In this document: one piece after another, positions 27,427-35,372 of the stretch
How the letters are laid out: the number at the start of each line of letters is the position of its first letter
How positions within the stretch are numbered: position 1 is the first letter of the stretch
Virus record (IMG/VR): IMGVR_UViG_3300029911_000001
Span: 167,109-231,108 of that record
Reading direction: 5' to 3' (one strand)
Length of the DNA: 64,000 nucleotides
Program-made: the position numbers and the translations under genes
The notes under the pieces: model-generated
What the model was told of the DNA's origin: nothing
The model's database searches: none
Seen by the model: the letters and a program-made list of their open reading frames with translations, nothing else

Positions 27427-27842
27427 GAGGACATTCGGGAGGCTACTAGTGGCTCCCACCCGGAGGTCTTGTTGGCGAGAAGCCTCCCCCTCCGGTTTAT
27501 TTTGAGTGGTGCCGTTGGTCGCCTAGCGTCCGACATCCATGGGACAACATGGTATCGAGTCGCCGATGCGATTCGAGGCAACCTGTAGATGACGAAGAAG
27601 GTTATCCTGTGGTGTAGCCGGTAGGCGTTACAGGCAAGTCCCTTCGTCGGTATCATCCGGCACAATTTTTGTTGGGGTCTCACTACGAAGAGCGGCGGCG
27701 TAAGAGGGTGTGAGGCGAGAACCGAAGCATCGACCGTGCAGCGTACCGGATGAAACAGCCGGACTATAGTGGTGGCTTACAACAGTAATGTTGTCGGTGC
27801 GAGTGCTCATCCAAAGCCATGGAACCCCAAACAAAATAATTA

Positions 27843-27870
27843 TTGCAACTGTCTCAGAGTCGTGTATACT
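27843..27870 (+). promoter_or_regulatory. Sigma70-like promoter
   Basis: TTGCAA-N16-TATACT. Confidence 0.65.
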
Positions 27871-28056
27871 ACGTGTACGTTCTTGGATGTAAACCAAGGG
27901 AGTGGGCTCAGTTTCTTGCATCTGTAAATGCAAGTGGAGGTCGGGGCGGGTTGCCCGGTCAAGTTTCCAGCTTTAGAAGAAAGCTGGTGGTGGAGGGTGT
28001 CACGGGAAACCGTGACGCCCCCGTAGTTCAAATCTATCTTAGGAGAACAACGTCCA

Positions 28057-28254
28057 ATGGCAACAATCCTCGAATTCAACGGCTGTCCCAAATGGCGTGT
28101 AGTGAAAGAAGGGGAAGCAACCTTCCTGCACTGCCCGACGACCCAGACTCGCATCCCTGTCACTCTTGGCGAACTCCCCGAAGGTGCAAGCTTCGAGGAA
28201 GGTGATGAAAACCTCCCGACCGGTACCGAACTCGAAATCGCAGTCACGGTCTAA
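28057..28254 (+). CDS. Hypothetical protein
   Basis: 65 aa, SD AGGAG, biased codon usage. Confidence 0.7.
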   Translation: MATILEFNGCPKWRVVKEGEATFLHCPTTQTRIPVTLGELPEGASFEEGDENLPTGTELEIAVTV

Positions 28255-28261
28255 CCGAGAA

Positions 28262-28391
28262 ACGCTTGTAGCTCAGAATTACTCTGCGAGGCGGACGAGG
28301 AAGGTACCGACGACTTCGGCTAGACAGAGGAAGCCTAGAGCACCGGGGTTCTAATCCCGGAGGTCGCAGGAGAGGCCCTGCCAAGCGTACC
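28262..28391 (+). ncRNA. tRNA-like RNA with a ~60-nt insertion in the D-loop
   Basis: ACGCTTG/CAAGCGT acceptor, GCTC/GAGC D-stem, CCGGG/CCCGG anticodon stem, GCAGG/CCTGC T-stem. Confidence 0.65.
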
Positions 28392-28397
28392 TTTTAT

Positions 28398-28509
28398 GAG
28401 GGAATGGATAGACTCTGACTTCTCATCTGACATAAGACCAGTCAGGCAGCGTAACTCAGATGAGGCATCGGCCAGAGGAACGTCCGTGAAATCCCGCACT
28501 CCCTCTCCA
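28398..28509 (+). ncRNA. CCA-terminated tRNA-like RNA of unknown class
   Basis: GAGGGA/TCCCTC-T-CCA ends; internal CTCATCTGA/TCAGATGAG helix. Confidence 0.5.
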
Positions 28510-28563
28510 ATTTGTTTGCAACTTTTTCCAACTATCTGCGTCTAAGTAAGAGAACACATCCCC

Positions 28564-28614
28564 ATGAACCCCATCTACCCAACTCCCGGCGCACGATTTA
28601 CTGAGACCCTCTAA
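28564..28614 (+). CDS. Putative leader peptide (16 aa) upstream of tRNA-Phe
   Basis: MNPIYPTPGARFTETL; stop codon in the loop of ACCCTC-TAAGC-GAGGGT. Confidence 0.4.
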   Translation: MNPIYPTPGARFTETL

Positions 28615-28637
28615 GCGAGGGTGTTTCGTATTTCTGC

Positions 28638-28713
28638 GGCCTTGTAGCTCAGATGGTAGAGCACTACGCTGAAGACGTAGGTGCCGCGGTCTCGAAAGCC
28701 GCCAAGGCCACCA
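28638..28713 (+). tRNA. tRNA-Phe(GAA)
   Basis: GGCCTTG/CAAGGCC, CTACG-CT-GAA-GA-CGTAG, CCA; atypical T-loop. Confidence 0.88.
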
Positions 28714-29542
28714 ACTTTTTAATTCTTTTCTTCACAGCACTCCCCGACACCCCTAATAGTCTCCCCGTTGCTTCAAATCCAGTAGTGTCCACTTGTGCTT
28801 GGAGCAGGGCTAAGCTCGGCCATTCAATCTTGTCTTTATGGTTGAGTTTGGCTGCACAGGACTGGCACCGTTTATACCCGGACGTGATGGTGACTCCACA
28901 ACTGCACTGATTTGTCGGTCGTGCCCCCATTAGCCTAATAAAGTCTTTTCCATACTTAGCTGTCACATAAGTCAGGGTCGGCTCCATCTCTTTCTTTCCC
29001 AGTACAGACAGAACCCCACCAAACTGCGCTATTTTGGCTCGATTGCGGTTGTCCATCCACCCCTTCACTTCGATGTAGGCTCCTGTAGGGAGAATAAAGT
29101 CAGGGTAGAACTTGTGTGTCCTGCCTTCGAACGAGTAAGTCAACCCTAGTGTGTTCCGACTGAACCCCACTCCGTGGTCGAGGTTGTAGATGACCCACGC
29201 AAGCTCCCATGAAGAATCGCACCAGTAGCCTTTGTACCAGCCCTTCTTGCCCCGACCAGACCCAGCCCTTATCCCTCCGGTGTTAGGGTTCCATCGTTTA
29301 GGGCCACCATACTTCGCCTTCCTTTCATCCGGGCTCAGGGTATCAATAAATCTGCGGACAGAAATCGCGACGGCGACTGAGTTCTTTCTCACTCGGTCAT
29401 CTGTGTCCTTTGTCAGGCCACGGTTCCACGCGGCCCCACAGTGGTTGATAGGGGCTCCCTCGTGGCTGTATCGAATGTGATTCCTCAGGCCAAACTTGTG
29501 ACAAGATTTCCCGCACTGAGGGCAGTTGATATGTGTATCCAT
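28664..29542 (-). CDS. PD-(D/E)xK endonuclease with zinc fingers (homing-type)
   Basis: CDSSWELAW, FYPDF...YIEVKGW; N-terminal CPQC...H; C-terminal HTH-like segment. Confidence 0.75.
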   Translation of the reverse strand: MDTHINCPQCGKSCHKFGLRNHIRYSHEGAPINHCGAAWNRGLTKDTDDRVRKNSVAVAISVRRFIDTLSPDERKAKYGGPKRWNPNTGGIRAGSGRGKKGWYKGYWCDSSWELAWVIYNLDHGVGFSRNTLGLTYSFEGRTHKFYPDFILPTGAYIEVKGWMDNRNRAKIAQFGGVLSVLGKKEMEPTLTYVTAKYGKDFIRLMGARPTNQCSCGVTITSGYKRCQSCAAKLNHKDKIEWPSLALLQAQVDTTGFEATGRLLGVSGSAVKKRIKKLVALAAFETAAPTSSA

Positions 29543-29598
29543 ACCATGGACTGCGTAGTCCGAAAATCAAACCAGTGCAAAGACCAGTATTAACTACC

Positions 29599-30288
29599 AT
29601 GGCAGACGAAGTAACCCCACCTGAACCAGACTTCATCAGACTAAAGTTCGAGAAGGATAGCCTTCACAAGCTATACCAGACCGGCGTGTCTCGTGAGATA
29701 AACCCCAAGCGGTGGGAACGTGTTCGAACTGAGATACGATTCGAAGATGTAGTGTCTGACCTCTCCGGTCATAGCGGCTCCGCCATCCGCTGCCCCTTTC
29801 ATGGCTCTGACTCCACCCCATCGTTCTGGATATATCGCGGCTCTAATGATGGCTGGTGCTTCGGCTGTCCTCCGAAAGAACAATACTACGACCAAGTACG
29901 CTTCGCGGCGAAGTACCTCGACATCAGCCGCCCTCAAGCCCTCCGCTGGCTTGAAAAGAAGTGGGACTTGCCAGCGATGCCTGATGAGCCTGATGAAGAG
30001 GACGAGGCTGAAGAAGTACAGCTTCGCTTCGAGGATTTGCAGGAGCCCTTCATACTCCGTGCCATCAAGCAAGTGCGAGAGTTCAAGGATGTTGAACTGG
30101 CAGAGGATTACATTCACTACTACTTCAAAGCCGTGGGCAATTTGAAGATGTCGGACATGGCTAAGAAGGAAGGTGAGCCGGAAGACGCTGCCGAGTTTGA
30201 AGTGAAGGCTGCTACCACACTAGCTCGGGTGTTAGGCAAAGCGGAAATAGCAAGCATTTTCGCTGTCAAACAATCACGAAGGCAGTAA
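29599..30288 (+). CDS. Stand-alone primase CHC2 zinc-binding domain protein
   Basis: CPFHGSDSTPSF...GWCFGC; no TOPRIM domain. Confidence 0.78.
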   Translation: MADEVTPPEPDFIRLKFEKDSLHKLYQTGVSREINPKRWERVRTEIRFEDVVSDLSGHSGSAIRCPFHGSDSTPSFWIYRGSNDGWCFGCPPKEQYYDQVRFAAKYLDISRPQALRWLEKKWDLPAMPDEPDEEDEAEEVQLRFEDLQEPFILRAIKQVREFKDVELAEDYIHYYFKAVGNLKMSDMAKKEGEPEDAAEFEVKAATTLARVLGKAEIASIFAVKQSRRQ

Positions 30289-30297
30289 TTACTTACT

Positions 30298-33200
30298 ATG
30301 AAGATTCAGACACAAGATGTTAGTACAAGTGAACTAACACAGAAGAGTACCAAGAAACCAAAGAAGGTAAAAGAACCAAAAGACATACGCTACGTGTTCC
30401 GCAAGATGCTCAAGGGCATCGACCTGCCCTCACTCAAGCAGCCATGGATGATTCAGAAGGCGTTCCGCCTCATCAACACCCCTGAAGACCTACAGGCTTG
30501 GGTTGATACCGTTCTCAACGACACGTCCCGCCACGTTGAACTCAACGGTGTGCTCACTCCTGTTGTCGCCCTCGACACTGAGAACACAGGACTTGATACT
30601 CGCATCCTAGTTGACCGCGTGCTGCGTGACGACGGGTCGTGGGAACTCACATACGAAGTCAAGGTTGAGATTGCAGGTATTTGCCTATCCTCCGATGGTA
30701 TGGATGGCATCTATATCCCCCTCACCCATGAGAAGGAAGACCAAGACCTCCTCATCCCGGCGATCAACCTCGACCGTGCGAAGTGCGCTGAGATTATACA
30801 ATACCTCTTCGACCGTTGCCACCTTGTCTTCTACAACGCGAAGTACGACCGCGAAGTCATGCGGCTCACCATGGGCATCAATTTCCGCCCGTACCCTCAC
30901 TTCGAAGACGTACAGGTTCTCGCCTACATCAACGACCCGAAGGCTGACCTTGGCGACAAGGGTAAGTACACGGGCTCGTCAGGTGGTTTAAAGGCCCTGT
31001 CGAAGAACGTCCTTGGCCTATCACAGATTGAGCTTGACCAGATTGCCAAGGTGAAGTGCGAATACTGCCCGGTCACCGAGAGCCCGTTCTGCCACTGCAC
31101 GCCTGAAGAGAAGAAAGTACTAAGTGCGGCTGGTAAGAAGCACTCTCTCAAGAATCAGTATGTACCATTTCCATGGATACCCACTGACATCGCTCTCTGG
31201 TACGCCGCTGGTGACGCTATCTGCACGTGGCTGCTATGGAAGAAGATGTATGAGCTTGCACGCAGCCGCAAGACCTCGCACACCATCGACCATGAACTGG
31301 TGGAGTCCATCACTTGGACTGAACGTCAGCGTTGGTTTGTTGACACCGACCGTCATGCTCGTACAGTGAGGGGTCACTCCAAGAAGATTGGCGAGATGCG
31401 TCAGCAGCTTCGCAAGATGGCTCTGGAGATGGGCTACGAAGAGACCAAGCAAGCTGATGGGTCGGTGATGGAGGATGAGCAGTTCAACCCCGGCTCGTCG
31501 CCGCAGCTTCAGACTCTCTTCTTCAAAATCAAGGGCTACTCCGTCACCAAGTTCACCGATGCTGGTAACCCGTCGTGCGATGCTGAAGTGTTGGAAGACT
31601 TGTTCAAGGAACATCCAGACGATGACTTCCTGAAGCTGCTCATGCAGTACCGCGACTACATGGCTCTGCACCCCGGCAACCTCCGCTATGACCCCAACGA
31701 TCATACCGCTCGTATTTATCTCAAACAGAACGTCGTTGCTGGTGGACGCCTTGCTGCTGCTGGTGGAGACTTTGAAGTCGATGGTGGCTTCGGTCTGAAC
31801 CCGCAGGGCATCAAGAAGGTTGAGTCCTATCTGATGTGGAAGGTGAACGGAAACGTCCTCGACCCTGACCCTGAAGAAATCAACGACGAAGACATCATCG
31901 CGTACGAAGAGTCCGACCTGCATAAGTCCTGCTTCAACAAGGACAATAAGAAGGCACCGGGTATCATCAAGAACCACATCGGTAAGTACATGGGCTACGC
32001 CATTTGCTTGGTACCCTCATGCACGACCTGTGCGGACAAATATGGCATACTCATCCCGGATACCAAGATGGACGCTAACGAGGTCATCAACCTTCGTGTT
32101 CTGTTCCATGCTCCAAAGGGCTGGACGATGTTCTCGGTTGACTACTCGAACATCGAAATGCGTTGCGCTGCAAACGTATCGGGTGAGCCTGAATTCATCA
32201 ATGAGTTCCTTATCGGCAAGGGCGACTTCCACTCGCTTACTGCAAGCAAGGTCTTCCCTGAATTCACCGACCCCTCTACCTCTAAGGCTGTGCGTAAGAG
32301 CCTCCGTGACCTTGCGAAGATTATCAACTTTGCCCTGCTGTACGGCGGCACTGAGTTCACCATCTTCGAAAACATGAAGAAGAAGAAGCCGGACATCACT
32401 TGGGAAGAAGCCAAGGACATGGTTTCGAAGTATTGGGCTGGAGTTCCTGTGTTCTGGGAGTTCTGCCAGAGGAAGCAGAGCATCGCCAAGAACGAGATGC
32501 TTTGCAAGACGGCCACTGGTCGCATCATCAACTTCTCATCGGCCATGGAGACGCAGCACATCCGCGTCCCGACCGATGATGAGATGTCGAACTACTGGAA
32601 GTACCGCGAACTGATGAAGAAGTCAGAAGCGGCCAAGAAAGAAGGCGATGGGGATAAGTCGGGTACCTACCGTGCAATGGCTGACCGTCTGTGGAAAGAC
32701 CCGGACAGCGGAGTACGCAATGCCATGGACTACAACAAGTTCATGGGCAAGATTCAGCGCGTCTCGGTCAACGTCCCCTTGCAAGGTCTCGCTGGTGACT
32801 TCATGCGTATGGCATTGAACCGTATCCGTAAGTGGGTAGAGTCTGACCCTCTGGTGCAGTCCGTGTTCCATCTGCATTGCTCAGTTCACGACGAAATCGA
32901 CTTCATCGTCAAGAACGAGTACGCCCCGTTCGTCCTGCCTCGCATCACCCGGCTGATGAAGCTGCGTGCCCTGCATGAGAAGATGGGTTGGAAGGTTCCG
33001 ATTGAAGCAGACGCGGAGTACGGTCGTTCGTGGGACGTTGAGCATCACCTTACCGGAGACGAGGATCACAAGGCCGCTGCGTGGACTGAAATCAAGGGGA
33101 TGTCAACGTACATCCCAGACAACTGGGACATCGACACGCTCAAGAACCTCATCCGTGCTGTTGGCACTGGTGAAGAAGCACGTATCGAACGGGCGAAGAC

Positions 33201-34128
33201 CTTCCTCAAGGAGAACCTACACCCTCGTGCGTTCAATGCAGCCGGTACCTTCTTCGAAGCGAAGGATGACAGGTCCCGTAAGAAGGCTCTCATCACTGCG
33301 CTTCAGTTGGATGAGTTCTGGCGTATCGACAGCATCCCCGATAACGAGAACGACAAGCTGGAGACCCTTGCTCAGTTTGAGGGCCGCAATGGCCTCGGCC
33401 CGGATAACCGTGACCCGATGACGCCGGAGTTTGGCTACCTCGGTGCCATCCCTCTGACGGCTAAGGTCAAGCGTCCTACCATCGAGATTCTGGGAGAGCC
33501 TGTGGACGTATCGTTGGTAGACGTTATGGTCTCGCCCAGCACCATCACGGTGTCGGTGCCTGAACCTGAACCTGAGGAGCAGCAGCTTACCCTCGACCTG
33601 AGTACGGAGCCTGAAGAAGAGGAGTCCGTGGTTGAAGATGAGGAGCCTGAGGTTGAATTAGAACCTGAAGAGGTAGCTGAGTTAGAAAGCCAGTTGGAAG
33701 ACCGTGAGCCGGGGCCGGGTGAAGTCATCCCGGAAGGTATCAAGGTTGACATCGAACCGGAGCCGGTGGTCGAGCCCCCCAAGGCTATGGCTGCTGCCGC
33801 TGGTGCTGCGTCTCCTCCTGTTGAGGATAGCGTCTTCGCTGACATCCCTGTCGCTCGTCCGAAGAAGGTTGTCGAAGTTGTTCATGAGCCTGTTGCAGCA
33901 CCGCAGCCGACGCTGGAGATTCCTCAGGACGGCAAGCCTACCTACGAGATGGTTGACTTGGACGAACCGAATATCATCCGTCTTCGCTCGATGATGGGCG
34001 ACGGCCCCAACACCATCCGGGTCATCTACCGGGGGCGTATCAACTACCTCAAGAACAAGGCTCGTAACACTCCTCCCGAAGAGTACGTCGTAGCAGTCCA
34101 CGGAATTTCACAGGTATCGAAGTCATGA
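30298..34128 (+). CDS. Family A DNA polymerase with 3'-5' exonuclease
   Basis: LDTENTGLD, FYNAKYD, YAAGDA; DYSNIEMR (motif A), RDLAKIINFALLYG (B), VHDEID (C). Confidence 0.95.
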   Translation: MKIQTQDVSTSELTQKSTKKPKKVKEPKDIRYVFRKMLKGIDLPSLKQPWMIQKAFRLINTPEDLQAWVDTVLNDTSRHVELNGVLTPVVALDTENTGLDTRILVDRVLRDDGSWELTYEVKVEIAGICLSSDGMDGIYIPLTHEKEDQDLLIPAINLDRAKCAEIIQYLFDRCHLVFYNAKYDREVMRLTMGINFRPYPHFEDVQVLAYINDPKADLGDKGKYTGSSGGLKALSKNVLGLSQIELDQIAKVKCEYCPVTESPFCHCTPEEKKVLSAAGKKHSLKNQYVPFPWIPTDIALWYAAGDAICTWLLWKKMYELARSRKTSHTIDHELVESITWTERQRWFVDTDRHARTVRGHSKKIGEMRQQLRKMALEMGYEETKQADGSVMEDEQFNPGSSPQLQTLFFKIKGYSVTKFTDAGNPSCDAEVLEDLFKEHPDDDFLKLLMQYRDYMALHPGNLRYDPNDHTARIYLKQNVVAGGRLAAAGGDFEVDGGFGLNPQGIKKVESYLMWKVNGNVLDPDPEEINDEDIIAYEESDLHKSCFNKDNKKAPGIIKNHIGKYMGYAICLVPSCTTCADKYGILIPDTKMDANEVINLRVLFHAPKGWTMFSVDYSNIEMRCAANVSGEPEFINEFLIGKGDFHSLTASKVFPEFTDPSTSKAVRKSLRDLAKIINFALLYGGTEFTIFENMKKKKPDITWEEAKDMVSKYWAGVPVFWEFCQRKQSIAKNEMLCKTATGRIINFSSAMETQHIRVPTDDEMSNYWKYRELMKKSEAAKKEGDGDKSGTYRAMADRLWKDPDSGVRNAMDYNKFMGKIQRVSVNVPLQGLAGDFMRMALNRIRKWVESDPLVQSVFHLHCSVHDEIDFIVKNEYAPFVLPRITRLMKLRALHEKMGWKVPIEADAEYGRSWDVEHHLTGDEDHKAAAWTEIKGMSTYIPDNWDIDTLKNLIRAVGTGEEARIERAKTFLKENLHPRAFNAAGTFFEAKDDRSRKKALITALQLDEFWRIDSIPDNENDKLETLAQFEGRNGLGPDNRDPMTPEFGYLGAIPLTAKVKRPTIEILGEPVDVSLVDVMVSPSTITVSVPEPEPEEQQLTLDLSTEPEEEESVVEDEEPEVELEPEEVAELESQLEDREPGPGEVIPEGIKVDIEPEPVVEPPKAMAAAAGAASPPVEDSVFADIPVARPKKVVEVVHEPVAAPQPTLEIPQDGKPTYEMVDLDEPNIIRLRSMMGDGPNTIRVIYRGRINYLKNKARNTPPEEYVVAVHGISQVSKS

Positions 34129-34538
34129 TTAGAGCCTATGAAGTAGGTCTTCGCGGCCAAGACCATTGGACAACAGTCCACGCGGCGACCGCAGGTAAGG
34201 CAAAGTACAGCTTTTGGATGGATGTCAGGGACTGCCTTGAAGTGAAGTACATCGACGTTGTTAGCCGCGTGGCCGACAGCCTCTTTGTACAAACGGATGA
34301 GTTCCAACGTACAGCCAAGTATCGTGGAGTCCCCTTCGCAAGAATCGGGATGAAGGTGATGTTTGTAAGCGATGACAGCGAAGGCATCATCGTTGACAAG
34401 AACAGTTCAGCCAACTTCGAAGTGTATTTCACTTCAGGTCAGCACGCTGGTCTCACCCTCGGAGTCCATCCTAACTGGATGATTCGCTACCTTGATGACG
34501 CTGGAAATGTCATCAAGGAGTTTACGGATAATGAGTGA
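34125..34538 (+). CDS. Hypothetical protein
   Basis: ATGA-coupled 137 aa ORF. Confidence 0.7.
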   Translation: MIRAYEVGLRGQDHWTTVHAATAGKAKYSFWMDVRDCLEVKYIDVVSRVADSLFVQTDEFQRTAKYRGVPFARIGMKVMFVSDDSEGIIVDKNSSANFEVYFTSGQHAGLTLGVHPNWMIRYLDDAGNVIKEFTDNE

Positions 34539-35262
34539 CACACCGAAGTTTGACTTTGCTATAAACATTCCGGGGGCAGATAGCATTGGGTGCAAGCAAT
34601 GCCAATCCCCTTTTCATGAAGAGAAGGACTGCCCCCAAACGGAAACCAAGGAGTCGAAGTTCCAGTTCAAGTCTCGTAAAGAGATGGGGATGGAACCCGG
34701 CTCCTTGCCGTTTAAGTTCCGTGTAGACATCGACACGTCCAAGGACAGTGAAGTCGAAGTCGTGCGTAAGCGTTCCCTCATGCGGCTCAACTCCCACAAG
34801 GTCTACAACCTGATGGGATTCTCCGTCAAGGCCCATGAGAGCCAGAAGGCTACCATCGCGTGGCTCACCCGTCTGTTTGATGAACTGGACATTGACGACC
34901 CTGCCATGCAGGAAGAGCGTAAGGCTCTCACTCCTATCATCCAGACTCTCCAGACCGCGTTCCGGGAGATAGGTGAGATTCGCCAGAACAAGATACGTCA
35001 GGCTGAGCAGATGGAAGAGTTGGTATCCAAGGCCCGTAGCCGTGCCCGTCTCGTCCGTGAGCGTATCACCAAGAACGATGTCAATCAGCACAAGATGATG
35101 GACAACGACTTCTGGGTTCTGCGACTTCCTGACTCTTCTGTAGACGTACCTATTACGGCGGGGGATGTAGACCCCATGGAACTGCTCAAGGAAGCTGGTA
35201 AGGCCATTCTCGCAGCGGAAAGGTCAAAGCACCCTGAACCAGAACCAACAGATGAAGACTAA
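34531..35262 (+). CDS. Coiled-coil hypothetical protein
   Basis: ORF with biased codon usage. Confidence 0.7.
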   Translation: MSDTPKFDFAINIPGADSIGCKQCQSPFHEEKDCPQTETKESKFQFKSRKEMGMEPGSLPFKFRVDIDTSKDSEVEVVRKRSLMRLNSHKVYNLMGFSVKAHESQKATIAWLTRLFDELDIDDPAMQEERKALTPIIQTLQTAFREIGEIRQNKIRQAEQMEELVSKARSRARLVRERITKNDVNQHKMMDNDFWVLRLPDSSVDVPITAGDVDPMELLKEAGKAILAAERSKHPEPEPTDED

Positions 35263-35372
35263 GTTTTGCCAATATCTATGCCCTAAATAGAAGTCCTTGT
35301 TGTTTGCAGTCTTGCTGTTTTGTAGTCCCGAAGTGCAACGTAGTGAAAATTTGATGTTCGAGGCATAGTTAT

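Noticed and set aside
28343-28360. Possible amber-suppressor (CTA) anticodon implying TAG recoding
   Set aside because: The loop is 8 nt and can also be read as TCT. Many genes end cleanly at TAG (1608, 2215, 3038) and long ORFs are intact under the standard code.
30298-34128. Intein or intron in the DNA polymerase
   Set aside because: The ORF is continuous, with no C/S...HN-C/S/T splice motifs or embedded LAGLIDADG domain in the insertions.
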